A DNA stretch of 40,032 nt, from positions 1 to 40,032 of the IMG/VR virus record IMGVR_UViG_3300025665_000467, one strand, 5' to 3'. The notes beneath the pieces were generated by a model. That model had not been told where the DNA came from, searched no databases, and saw nothing but the letters and a program-made list of their open reading frames with translations. The translations under genes and the position numbers were made by a program. Position 1 is the first letter of the stretch, and each line of letters opens with the position of its first letter. Origin of the DNA: a virus (lineage: Duplodnaviria > Caudoviricetes). Shown in pieces: positions 9,266 to 18,876 of this stretch.

Positions 9266-9887
9266 TTGGTTTAAGACCACAAAAAAGCATACACAGTATT
9301 GGCAGAACAGGATTATGGATTGGGATAAAGACTATCTTAGCTCTTGGAATCATCCTCACAGGCAATTCTTATCTATCTTGCTCACTCGTTTCCCTTGGAT
9401 GTCACTACTAGAGGTCGGTTGTGCTAGTGGTCCTAACTTATTAAACATAGTTAAGAACTTTCAAGGTAAGCAGGTAGGTGGTATAGATATAAGTGAAGAT
9501 GCAATAGATTTAGCTAAGAAGACATTTCAGGGTGCATTTTTAAAGGTCGGCTCGGTAGAAGATATTATGATGTCAGACAATTCAACTGATGTTGTACTAT
9601 CAGATATGGCTTTGATTTATGTATCAAATCCTAACAAAGCAATTAAAGAGATAAAGCGTGTGACTCGTAAGTATGTACTATTTTCTGAGTTGCACAGTGA
9701 GAGTTGGTATGGTAGAATGAGACTAAGATTAACTTCAGGTTACCATGCTCATAACTACAAGAAATTATTAACAAAGCATGGATTCTATAACTTAGAGTTC
9801 ATTAAAATGACTGAGAAGATGTGGCCAGGGGGAAATCCTCAAAAAGATTATGGTTACTTTATTCTAGGTCAAAAATCTAAATATTAA
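9234..9887 (+). CDS. Class I SAM-dependent methyltransferase (probably sugar/glycan modification)
   Basis: LLEVGCASGPNL, GIDIS, DVV...ALIYV, KEIKRV. Confidence 0.88.
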   Translation: MQNYMISFVRNWFKTTKKHTQYWQNRIMDWDKDYLSSWNHPHRQFLSILLTRFPWMSLLEVGCASGPNLLNIVKNFQGKQVGGIDISEDAIDLAKKTFQGAFLKVGSVEDIMMSDNSTDVVLSDMALIYVSNPNKAIKEIKRVTRKYVLFSELHSESWYGRMRLRLTSGYHAHNYKKLLTKHGFYNLEFIKMTEKMWPGGNPQKDYGYFILGQKSKY

Positions 9888-9889
9888 AC

Positions 9890-10357
9890 ATGATAATACT
9901 ATACACAATAATGGCGTTGCTACTCGTCATAGCAGTAGTAGAGATAATAAGACTAAGACTCACTACTAGGAACATATCAAAGAAAGCGCACTACAAGCAG
10001 AAACTAAGAGGTACAGAAAGAATGCGTTGGGATTTAGAGTTTAAAGTAGAAAAGACAAATCAAATAAGAGAAGATGTAAGAAAGGAATACGATTATATGA
10101 AATCAAGAGTAGCTACTGTGGAAGAAAGTTTAAAGACTGAAAAGGACAAAGCAGAAAAAGCTAACTTAGAAGATAAAAAGGTGATAGCAACAAAAGACGC
10201 TGAAAGACTATTAAATCAAATCAAGGCACTAGACTTAGAAGTAAATGGATGTAAACCTTGTCAGCAATATCCTGATGGACACACAGGTATAGTAGACCAA
10301 ATAGCTTCAATGAGAGAGTTAGAGGGTATGTTAAGTAATTATATTAGAACACTATAA
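9890..10357 (+). CDS. Membrane-anchored coiled-coil protein
   Basis: N-terminal hydrophobic helix then charged helical region. Confidence 0.65.
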   Translation: MIILYTIMALLLVIAVVEIIRLRLTTRNISKKAHYKQKLRGTERMRWDLEFKVEKTNQIREDVRKEYDYMKSRVATVEESLKTEKDKAEKANLEDKKVIATKDAERLLNQIKALDLEVNGCKPCQQYPDGHTGIVDQIASMRELEGMLSNYIRTL

Positions 10358-10424
10358 TCATGGCTTGTAAAAAGAAAGGTAAAAAGAAGAAGTAACCACT
10401 TACAACTGATAAATAACTGATTAT

Positions 10425-10736
10425 ATGGAGAAAAAAGATACAAAATTCAAATCAGGAGCAGAATGGACAGGGAATGCTAGTGGTAGACCCAAAGGTTCTA
10501 TAAGTATAAAAGATAAGATAAGAAAGCATTTAGAAAACAACCCAGAGAAGTTAGAAGAACTTGTTAAGTTTTACATGGAGAATGAACAACCTGTAATGCG
10601 TAAACTCTTATGGGAAATGTTAGATGGTAAACCAGAACAAACAGTAGATATGGAATTAATAGTACCTAAACCAATACTAGATGTACCAAAAGACTCAAGC
10701 GACAACAAAGATATCACAATTGAGCAAGAGGATTAG
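10425..10736 (+). CDS. terS: Putative terminase small subunit
   Basis: TKFKSG...GNASGRPKGS motif; overlaps terL start. Confidence 0.7.
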   Translation: MEKKDTKFKSGAEWTGNASGRPKGSISIKDKIRKHLENNPEKLEELVKFYMENEQPVMRKLLWEMLDGKPEQTVDMELIVPKPILDVPKDSSDNKDITIEQED

Positions 10737-11871
10737 AGCAGTACAAGGTGGAACATCAGCAAGTAAGACAGTAAGTATAGTTCTATGGCTCATAGCTCTA
10801 GCACAAAGTGATAAGAAACCAACATTAACATCTATAGTTTCTGAGTCTTTTCCTCATTTAAAGAGAGGTGTTATGAGAGACTTCTTAATGATAATGCAAG
10901 AGCATGGTTACTTTGTAGACAAGAGATGGAATAAGTCAGACTATACATATACATTTGAAACAGGAAGTAAAATAGAGTTCTTTTCAGTAGACCAACCCAG
11001 TAAAGTAAGAGGACCAAGACGTGATAGACTATTCATCAACGAGGCTAACAACATACCTTATGAAGCCTTTGACCAATTAGAGGTCAGAACTAAAGACTTT
11101 ATATACCTAGACTGGAATCCAACCAATGAGTTCTGGTTCTATGAAGAAGTTAAAAGTAGAGATGACACAGAGCTTATAATCCTTACATACTTAGACAATG
11201 AAGCTCTTAGTAAAGAGATTGTAGATTCTATTGAACAGCGTAAAGAGAAGAAGTCTTGGTGGAAAGTATATGGTGAAGGACAGCTAGGAGAAGTAGAGGG
11301 TAAAATATACAAAGGTTGGAATATAATAGATGAGATACCTAAACATGCCAGACTAGAACGTAGAGGTATGGACTTTGGCTATTCAAATGACCCTACAGCT
11401 TTGATAGATATCTATAAGTATGATGGTGGTTACATATTAGATGAAGTTCTTTATAGAAAAGGAATGCTGAATAAGCAAATAGCCGATACAATAAATAACC
11501 AAGAGCAAGATACACTAGTAATAGCTGACAGTGCAGAGCCTAAGAGTATTGATGAGATAAGAGGTTATGGTGTTAATATAATAGGAGCAGAGAAAGGAGC
11601 TGACTCAGTAAGAAATGGTATACAGGTAGTACAAGACCAGAAGATATCTATAACCAAAAGGTCGACTAACACAATCAAAGAGTATCGTAACTACATGTGG
11701 AAGAAAGATAAGGACGATAACTTTATAAGTCCTAATGTGCCAGAAGATATCTTCAATCACTCTATGGATGCAATAAGATATGGGCTATCTTCAGTACTCA
11801 AACAGCCGAACTTCAAGATGCCATCACAATCAGCACCAGTTAACCCTTATTATAATGAACTAGGAATATGA
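10681..11871 (+). CDS. terL: Terminase large subunit, PBSX/SPP1-like
   Basis: Walker A-like QGGTSASKT, RG.RRD.LFINEAN, DWNP, TYLDN, GMDFGYSNDP, ADSAEPKSI, NHSMDAIRY. Confidence 0.96.
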   Translation: MYQKTQATTKISQLSKRIRAVQGGTSASKTVSIVLWLIALAQSDKKPTLTSIVSESFPHLKRGVMRDFLMIMQEHGYFVDKRWNKSDYTYTFETGSKIEFFSVDQPSKVRGPRRDRLFINEANNIPYEAFDQLEVRTKDFIYLDWNPTNEFWFYEEVKSRDDTELIILTYLDNEALSKEIVDSIEQRKEKKSWWKVYGEGQLGEVEGKIYKGWNIIDEIPKHARLERRGMDFGYSNDPTALIDIYKYDGGYILDEVLYRKGMLNKQIADTINNQEQDTLVIADSAEPKSIDEIRGYGVNIIGAEKGADSVRNGIQVVQDQKISITKRSTNTIKEYRNYMWKKDKDDNFISPNVPEDIFNHSMDAIRYGLSSVLKQPNFKMPSQSAPVNPYYNELGI

Positions 11872-12059
11872 TAATAGAAATAGATGTACCAGATAAAGGA
11901 GAGACTAACGCCTTTAAATATCAAGAGATAATAACTGCTCTTATTGGTTCTGGTGCATTTGATTTACAGAACGGTAAAGCTGTGTTACACTTTGACCAGA
12001 GTGGTACGTTCCAAGGTGTTCAATTAGACTATTGGGCTTTTAGGAGGAAGAAAAAATGA
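11868..12059 (+). CDS. Hypothetical protein
   Basis: ATGA-coupled at both ends. Confidence 0.65.
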   Translation: MIIEIDVPDKGETNAFKYQEIITALIGSGAFDLQNGKAVLHFDQSGTFQGVQLDYWAFRRKKK

Positions 12060-12403
12060 ATGAAAGAAAGTTTGTATTCATAGGAGACGAGGTAGTAATG
12101 GGAAAGAATGTAAACTATCAGGAGTTTGTGTTTATTCCGAATGGAGTTACAATAGGTGATAATGTATTCATAGGACCACATGTTTGCTTTACAAATGACA
12201 AACATCCGCCATCTAAAGGTAAAGAGTGGAGACCGATAATTGTGGAGGATGATGTGATTATAGGAGCTAATGCTACAATATTACCAGGAGTCACTTTAAG
12301 AAAAGGTTGTGTTGTTGGCGCAGGTGCAGTAGTAACAAAGAACGTTAAGAGTTGTACGACTGTTGTCGGTAATCCTGCAAAACCACTTGACAACCAAATC
12401 TAA
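12056..12403 (+). CDS. Hexapeptide-repeat acetyltransferase (WbpD/WlbB/FdtC-like, minimal)
   Basis: GVTIGDNVFIGPHVCFTNDKHP, IGANATILPGVT, VGAGAVVTKNV, VVGNPAK. Confidence 0.92.
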   Translation: MNERKFVFIGDEVVMGKNVNYQEFVFIPNGVTIGDNVFIGPHVCFTNDKHPPSKGKEWRPIIVEDDVIIGANATILPGVTLRKGCVVGAGAVVTKNVKSCTTVVGNPAKPLDNQI

Positions 12404-12476
12404 CATAGTACACTTAATTTAATAATATCCTAACCCCCAAAGGGCGGAGTCTTTAACCAGACTTCGCTCTTATTTT
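12387..12476 (+). promoter_or_regulatory. Late promoter plus leader with CCTAACC motif and terminator-like hairpin (copy 1, before portal)
   Basis: TTGACA-16-TACACT; CCTAACC 12429-12435; stem AGGGCGGAGTCT/AGACTTCGCTCT then T-rich tail. Confidence 0.65.
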
Positions 12477-12483
12477 ATATAAT

Positions 12484-14208
12484 ATGCCAGATGAAACACC
12501 AGATTTAGTTACAGATACATTAATGGAACGTCTTATAGCAGAGAAGACAGCCTCAACTGAGTTACAAGAACGTAAACATGAGGATTGGAAAGATAACTAT
12601 GAACTGTATCGTAATAAAATAAAGACAAATCGCTTAACACAACGTCAAGCGGTTAATATCCCGTTGATGAAAGAGACAATTAAAACTCTTCTATCTAAGA
12701 TAGATGATGCACCAAACATAGAATGGCAAGAACAAGGAGGAGATGAAGACAAAGAAATACTATTCCAAGAGATGTGGGATGCTAACTTTAGAGAAAACAA
12801 ACTAGAACTCACAGATGTGATAGATAAGAAGAATGTATTGCTTTATGGGATAAGTACAAAGAAACTTAATATATCTAATCAAGGAATAGATATAGACACA
12901 CTCGATGTCTATGATATTACCTTTGACCCGTTGATGAATGTAGGGGATATAGAATCAGCACGGTATGTAGTCCAGCAAAACATATTTAGGACTATACAAG
13001 AGATATTAGCTGATGATAGATACACAACAGAGGGTAAGAATGAGCTAAAGAGATGGCTTGATTCAACACCAGGACTTACACAGAGTGAAGAAAATAAGAA
13101 AATCTTTGAAAAGAAGATGGAAAGGTTAGAATCTATGGGTGTAGAACATTCTGACTTTGCTTTGATTGCAGGGGGGGATAGACTTGTAAATCTTACAGAA
13201 CATTACACACAAGTATGGAACTCTGATAAGAAAGAATGGGAAAGGCGAGTTGTTGTGTATGCAGATAACCAAGTAGAACTGTCTAATGATACACTTAAAG
13301 ACTTAATAGGTGTTGATTTCTGGCCGTTCACAGTATGGGTAGAAGACCCTGAAACTACTGATATATACTCTGATTCAGTAGCAGACCTAGTAAGAACACC
13401 AAATAAGGTAATGAATGTATGGTTCTCACAACTTGTGGAGAACAGGACATTAAAGAACTTCCAAATGCACTGGTTCTTACCTAATCAGAACTACACACCT
13501 CAAACTTACACACCAGGACCAGGAGTTATGCTTCCAGCTCCACCAGGAGAAGATATTAATAAAGTTATAAAACCAGTAGAAGTATCAGGACTTGATGACA
13601 CAATGCCAGCTATTCAAACTCTTACAAATATAGTAGAGAGGGGAACTGGCGCTACTGCTATTGAGAAAGGGGAGAGTGAAAAGGGAAGTCAAACTCTTGG
13701 AGAAATAGAGATACTTACAGGTAAGTCAGTAGAAAGGACTATTGGTATGGCTAAGTTCTATAAGATGGCTTGGTATGAGATAGCTTGGAAGTGGGCTAAA
13801 CTTATGCACCAAAACAAACCAAGAGTTATAAGCCTATACAAAGTAGGACGAAGCGGTAAGTTATATTCAAAGAAAGTATACGCTTCTGACTGGGCTTCTA
13901 AAGATGGTTATGAGCCACAAGTAATATCATCTTCTGAACAAGAACAAGAGTCATTCAAGACAATTCAGAAGTTCACATTTATTCTTCAACAGTTCCCTGA
14001 AAACCAAGCTCTTAAAGAGATAGCACAAAAGAGAATGCTTGATGTTCTTAATCTGTCTCCTGAAGAGCTTAAACAGGTAGAAGAAGCTGAGACGGGGCAA
14101 CCAGTACAGCAAATATTAGGTCCACAAGGAGAACAATCTCCTCAGCAACCTGATAATACTGGGCTTGTTGGAGACATACAGAACAGTTTAGCCGAATTAA
14201 CAGCATAG
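12484..14208 (+). CDS. Portal protein (P22-like)
   Basis: 574 aa, directly after terminase; helical pattern and Q-rich C-terminal tail typical of podovirus portals. Confidence 0.8.
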   Translation: MPDETPDLVTDTLMERLIAEKTASTELQERKHEDWKDNYELYRNKIKTNRLTQRQAVNIPLMKETIKTLLSKIDDAPNIEWQEQGGDEDKEILFQEMWDANFRENKLELTDVIDKKNVLLYGISTKKLNISNQGIDIDTLDVYDITFDPLMNVGDIESARYVVQQNIFRTIQEILADDRYTTEGKNELKRWLDSTPGLTQSEENKKIFEKKMERLESMGVEHSDFALIAGGDRLVNLTEHYTQVWNSDKKEWERRVVVYADNQVELSNDTLKDLIGVDFWPFTVWVEDPETTDIYSDSVADLVRTPNKVMNVWFSQLVENRTLKNFQMHWFLPNQNYTPQTYTPGPGVMLPAPPGEDINKVIKPVEVSGLDDTMPAIQTLTNIVERGTGATAIEKGESEKGSQTLGEIEILTGKSVERTIGMAKFYKMAWYEIAWKWAKLMHQNKPRVISLYKVGRSGKLYSKKVYASDWASKDGYEPQVISSSEQEQESFKTIQKFTFILQQFPENQALKEIAQKRMLDVLNLSPEELKQVEEAETGQPVQQILGPQGEQSPQQPDNTGLVGDIQNSLAELTA

Positions 14209-14209
14209 T

Positions 14210-16042
14210 ATGGCAAGCGAGTTCCTTAAAAAAGTAGATGCGGAACTGAAACAAAAGGTTCGTGATAAGAAACAGGACGCAAAGGATGAGATTAAGACAG
14301 GTCTCCTATCTTTTATGTTGGAGAATGTAAGTGACAAGATAGTAAGTGGATTCACAAAAGCATTAAGTTCACTAAAACTACCAACGCCCAAAGTTGAGGT
14401 AAAACCCCCTGTTGTTAATGTAACAGTACCTGACATCGTAATACCCGAAATAAAGGCACCCGAGGTCAAAATACCCCAAATAAGTGTACCTGAAGCTAAG
14501 GTTACAGTGGAACTTCCTGATATGCCTGAGATTAAGATACCTGAAATAAAAGTCCCTACACCTCAGGTAACTGTGAATGTAGAGAAACCTGACACACCAA
14601 TCATTCCACCTATTGAGATACCAGAGGTAATGATGCCTGATGAAATGACTGTGAAAGGTGGGGACAGTCCTCTACCAGTTAAAATGGTGGATGATGAGGG
14701 TAAGCCTATTAGTTTCCCTAGTGGAGGTGGAAATAGTAGTAAGATAGGTAAATCAAGTATCTTGAATGCAGATGGAAGTAAAATCAATCCAGCAACAGAA
14801 GAAAAGCAAAACACTTTAATTGCTAATCAAACCAACAACACACAGAAAGTACAGATAACAGCACAAGATAGTCCATCAATAGATGCCTTTGCTCGTTGGA
14901 GAGTATCTAATCCTGAGACAATATTTGATTCAAAGCAATTATGGGATAGCGCACCTCTATTTTGGGATGATTCAGAAGTATCAGGTGGTTCTACAACATC
15001 AGTCCATTCCACAGACACAGCTTCAACTGTAATAGGTGTAGCACTCAATACAGCAGGACGTAGAGTACGGCAGACATTTATGCGGTTTAATTATCAGCCT
15101 GGGAAGAGTCAGTTAATTTTTGCAACAGGAACACTTGATAAATTAGGAGGTGAAACAGGTATCACAAGAGGGTGGGGATATTACGATGATGATAATGGAA
15201 TATTCTTAAAAGACAATGAAGGAACAGTACAGTTTGTTATACGTTCTAAAGCAACAGGCAGTGTGGTAAACGACCCTGTATCTCAAGCTAGTTGGAATCT
15301 TGATACAATGGATGGAAATGGAGCTAGTGGGATTGATTTAGACTTTACCAAATCACAAATAACTATTATAGACCTTGAATGGCTTGGTGTTGGACGAGTA
15401 CGAGCTGGATTCGTCATAGCAGGTATTCCTATTTATGTTCATGAGTTTAATCATTCTAATGTTCTTAGTGGAGTATATATGTCTACACCTAACTTACCGA
15501 TGCGTTATGAGATAGAAAATGATGGAACTGGCGTAGCTTCAACACTTGAACATATTTGTTGTTCTGTAATGTCAGAAGGAGGATTGCAGAAGACTGGGAT
15601 ATTAAGACACTTTGATTCAGGTGCGGTATCAGGTTTATCGGCAGGAACTTCTTATGCTATTTTAGGCATAAAACTGAAATCAACTCATCTAGATGCATCA
15701 GTGATTATTGAAAATATATCAGCACTTGCTACTACACAGAATGACCAAGCACACTGGGATTTGATTTTAAATCCTACGGTAGCAGGAACATTTACTTATG
15801 CAGATGCTACAAATAGTGCATTACAAACAGCAACAGGAGCATCAACAAATACAATTACAAATGGGATTGATATAGATGGAGGATACTTTTCAACAGTAGC
15901 ACCAACAAGTATTACGACACCAAATGCACTTAGATTAGGAGCTAAAATAGATAATACAGTAGATGAAATTGTAATTATCGTAACACCAATTACCAACAAC
16001 ATCACAGTCCACGCATCAATGACAATAAGAGAATTATCATAA
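14210..16042 (+). CDS. Putative virion fibre/appendage protein: Pro-Val/Ile repeat stalk plus beta-rich C-terminal domain
   Basis: PEIK(V/A)P repeats; C-terminal DAFARWRVS.P.TIFDSK...YQPGKSQ...WLGVGRVR.GF domain recurrent in phage structural proteins. Confidence 0.55.
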   Translation: MASEFLKKVDAELKQKVRDKKQDAKDEIKTGLLSFMLENVSDKIVSGFTKALSSLKLPTPKVEVKPPVVNVTVPDIVIPEIKAPEVKIPQISVPEAKVTVELPDMPEIKIPEIKVPTPQVTVNVEKPDTPIIPPIEIPEVMMPDEMTVKGGDSPLPVKMVDDEGKPISFPSGGGNSSKIGKSSILNADGSKINPATEEKQNTLIANQTNNTQKVQITAQDSPSIDAFARWRVSNPETIFDSKQLWDSAPLFWDDSEVSGGSTTSVHSTDTASTVIGVALNTAGRRVRQTFMRFNYQPGKSQLIFATGTLDKLGGETGITRGWGYYDDDNGIFLKDNEGTVQFVIRSKATGSVVNDPVSQASWNLDTMDGNGASGIDLDFTKSQITIIDLEWLGVGRVRAGFVIAGIPIYVHEFNHSNVLSGVYMSTPNLPMRYEIENDGTGVASTLEHICCSVMSEGGLQKTGILRHFDSGAVSGLSAGTSYAILGIKLKSTHLDASVIIENISALATTQNDQAHWDLILNPTVAGTFTYADATNSALQTATGASTNTITNGIDIDGGYFSTVAPTSITTPNALRLGAKIDNTVDEIVIIVTPITNNITVHASMTIRELS

Positions 16043-16043
16043 T

Positions 16044-16328
16044 ATGGCAAACGTAGTAATAACATCAACAGCAAATAGTATTAAAGTAGATTTAGGAGTT
16101 TACAGTTCTGCTCTTGGATATGACAAAGTGACAATAAGAAAGGATAAACTTATAGATATTAAATTAAAGAATGGAGATACTTTTGTTGAGGCAGTAGTTT
16201 TACAGGATGGAAAGTGGACAGTATCATATAATACAGTGGCTAACGCACTTGTAGTTGATACAATAGACACAGAAGCACCGACAGATAATTCTGATTTATA
16301 TGACAAATTAATAGCTTTAATAGCGTAA
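16044..16328 (+). CDS. Hypothetical (probably virion-associated) protein
   Basis: Tightly packed in structural operon. Confidence 0.6.
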   Translation: MANVVITSTANSIKVDLGVYSSALGYDKVTIRKDKLIDIKLKNGDTFVEAVVLQDGKWTVSYNTVANALVVDTIDTEAPTDNSDLYDKLIALIA

Positions 16329-16354
16329 ATTATTAACAATTAACAACAATTATT

Positions 16355-17842
16355 ATGGCAAATGATGATTTAAACATAGCAAATAATGCTATCAACAACG
16401 CACGAGGGAAGATGATAAACAATGAATTTAAGCGAGACCGCTCAAACATTGTATCTTCTGTCGCTGCGGAAGTGGCAAGAATGTTTAAGCCATTCTTGAA
16501 AGAGATAAGAGAGACAGCACAAGTAGATAAATCAGATTTACTAAATGCTCTTTCTCAAATAACAGTAGAGGGAACACCGTCAAATGTGACTGTTCCTGAG
16601 ATTAAAGTACCAACAATTAACGTACCAGAACCACGAGTTCATGTAACCGTACCACCTATTAGAGTACCTGATGTGGTTATGCCTGACGAGATGAACATAC
16701 GGGGATTCGTAGGACTAATGGGCGTTGATTTACAAAATCCTTTACCAGTTCAGTTAAGGGATGAGAATGGTGCAATAGTTAATTTATTAGAAAACATCAC
16801 AGCTATTTCAGGTGGAGGTGGCGGAGGTGGAAGTAGAGGAACTGTTAAGATTATAAATGACAGTGGAAGTCCAGTACCAATTACAGGTACACTTTCAGCT
16901 ACACTTTCAGCAGATACAGGAAGTGGGGAAATAGGTGGTGAAACACTAAGAATAGTACAAGCAACAAATGCGATATCTTCTGTAAATGTAGTAGATGCTT
17001 TTGGTTCTACTTCAGCAACAGGAGTATTTAATGCAGATAACAGAGTAAGAGTATCAGTAGAAACAGGAGGTTCAGGACTTACAGACGCAGAACTTAGAGC
17101 TACATCAGTACCTGTATCACAAGTATCTGGTGCAACAGCAAGTGTTAATGTAGTAAGTACAGTAGGATTAACTGATACAGAGCTTAGAGCTTCAACATTG
17201 GATGTCAAACAAGTAAGTGGGGCATCATCAAGTGTAAATGTTCTCAGCACAGTAGGATTAACAGACACCGAGTTAAGGGCTTCTACACTAGATGTAAAAC
17301 AAGTATCAGGGGCTATTTACTCTGTAGAAGTAACAAATATTATAGCTTCAACTACAGCAATTATAGGAGACAAAGCAGCAGATGAAGCAGATGGTGACTC
17401 TAATCCAATCAAGGTAGGAGGTGTAGCAAGGACAGCTAATGCTTCAGCAGTAGGAAACGGTGATAGAGTATCAGCAACATTTGATACAAGAGGAAGACAA
17501 GTAGTGTTACCTTATAATGTAAGAGATTTAAGAGCTACAGCTTATGTATCACTAGCTACTGGTACGGAAGCTACACTATTAGCAGCTTCAGCAGGAGAGT
17601 TCCACGACCTTGTATGGGTAATGGGAGCTAATCAATCAGATGCAGCTGTCTTAGTAGATATTAGAGCTGTTACAGCAGGTAATGTTTCTATGAGTCTAGA
17701 GATACCTGCAAACAGTACCGCTGGTATAGCTCCACCGATACCATACCCACAAGCAGATACAGGTAATAACTGGACTGTAGATATGGGAGATATTACAGGT
17801 ACAACAGTAGATATAACGGCATTATTCACTAAAGAAGTATAA
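16355..17842 (+). CDS. Putative virion fibre/appendage protein, partial paralog of 14210-16042
   Basis: Shares PEIKVP...V.MPDEM...G...PLPV...D..G...GGG module; S/T/G/V-rich; internal 30-aa repeats. Confidence 0.55.
   Translation: MANDDLNIANNAINNARGKMINNEFKRDRSNIVSSVAAEVARMFKPFLKEIRETAQVDKSDLLNALSQITVEGTPSNVTVPEIKVPTINVPEPRVHVTVPPIRVPDVVMPDEMNIRGFVGLMGVDLQNPLPVQLRDENGAIVNLLENITAISGGGGGGGSRGTVKIINDSGSPVPITGTLSATLSADTGSGEIGGETLRIVQATNAISSVNVVDAFGSTSATGVFNADNRVRVSVETGGSGLTDAELRATSVPVSQVSGATASVNVVSTVGLTDTELRASTLDVKQVSGASSSVNVLSTVGLTDTELRASTLDVKQVSGAIYSVEVTNIIASTTAIIGDKAADEADGDSNPIKVGGVARTANASAVGNGDRVSATFDTRGRQVVLPYNVRDLRATAYVSLATGTEATLLAASAGEFHDLVWVMGANQSDAAVLVDIRAVTAGNVSMSLEIPANSTAGIAPPIPYPQADTGNNWTVDMGDITGTTVDITALFTKEV
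17075..17330 (+). repeat. Three intragenic 90-bp (30-aa) tandem repeats GLTD(A/T)ELRA(S/T)..V.QVSGA..SV.V
   Basis: Units start at 17075, 17165, 17255; protein conserved, synonymous positions diverged. Confidence 0.9.
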
Positions 17843-18135
17843 TGGACTTTCAAAAAATCCTAACAAAACAAGAAGAGTATAGAAAAAAGCGAGGTAAATA
17901 CTTCCAAGTTCTTAAAGGCGGCAAAAAACCTAAAAGTAGAAATGATGCGGAAGAATACAAAGATGTAGATTATACAGATATACCACCAGATATTGAAATT
18001 CATACACATGAAGGTACTGATGAAATTGGTTTTACAGTGGTAGAAAGAAAAACAGAGTTAGGAAAAGATTATGTAAAACAAACAGGTCATGGAATAGGTC
18101 GTACAAAGGATTGGCAAGAAGTAATTAAAATATAA
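17842..18135 (+). CDS. Hypothetical protein
   Basis: TAATG coupling with upstream gene. Confidence 0.65.
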   Translation: MDFQKILTKQEEYRKKRGKYFQVLKGGKKPKSRNDAEEYKDVDYTDIPPDIEIHTHEGTDEIGFTVVERKTELGKDYVKQTGHGIGRTKDWQEVIKI

Positions 18136-18137
18136 TT

Positions 18138-18875
18138 ATGGCACTAACAGATAATTTACAAGGATACTGGGACTTAGATGAAGAGAGTGGTACACGTGCA
18201 GACAGTACTGCTAATGGTAATACTCTTCAAGATGCGAATACAGTTCTTTTTGGTACTGGAATTATTGATAATGCGGCGGATTTTGAAGAAGCTAATGATG
18301 AACGTCTCACTATTACTGATGCCGCCCAAACAGGACTAGACATAGCTGGTTCAGATATGACTGTATCAATGTGGGTTAAAATGGAGTCACAACCACCAGG
18401 AGGGAATCAAATAATGTTCCTTCAGAAGTCTCCACAATCAGGTAATGAAGGGTATGCAATAACATATCATGATACTTTAGGTCTTCGTTTTGCAATCAAT
18501 AATGGTGGTAATGAGACAAAGAGTTTTACCAAAGACTTTACTAACGGCACTTGGTTTCATATTGTATGTCGTTACACACTAAGTTCAAAGGAGTTCTCCG
18601 TATGGTTTGACGGAGTAGAACAAACACCACAGACAGGGACAAAGGTAGGTGCATCTGACAACTCAGATGATTTTGTTATAGGTGCTGATGCAACTGTTTC
18701 AGCACCAACTATGGATGGACTTATAGATGAAGTGGGAATATGGGATAGTGCTTTAACTGATGAAGAAATAGGTCAATTATACAATGACGGAGACGGTTTA
18801 GCTTATCCTCTAGTTCCAGCGGCAGGAGGTAGCACTACACCAGTACCAACTTTATTAACATTAAACGTAGGTTAA
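18138..18875 (+). CDS. LamG/concanavalin A-like lectin-domain virion protein
   Basis: YWDLDE.SG, TVSMWVK, WFHIV..Y, DGLIDEVGIWDSALT.EEI..LYN. Confidence 0.85.
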   Translation: MALTDNLQGYWDLDEESGTRADSTANGNTLQDANTVLFGTGIIDNAADFEEANDERLTITDAAQTGLDIAGSDMTVSMWVKMESQPPGGNQIMFLQKSPQSGNEGYAITYHDTLGLRFAINNGGNETKSFTKDFTNGTWFHIVCRYTLSSKEFSVWFDGVEQTPQTGTKVGASDNSDDFVIGADATVSAPTMDGLIDEVGIWDSALTDEEIGQLYNDGDGLAYPLVPAAGGSTTPVPTLLTLNVG

Positions 18876-18876
18876 T

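Noticed and set aside
1825-9887. Host O-antigen locus flanking a prophage
   Set aside because: It is internal to a circular contig, overlap-coupled with phage-style genes, lacks membrane assembly genes, and one pathway gene lies between terL and portal
17075-17330. CRISPR array or DGR repeat
   Set aside because: In-frame coding repeats with synonymous divergence and no spacers; no reverse transcriptase in the genome
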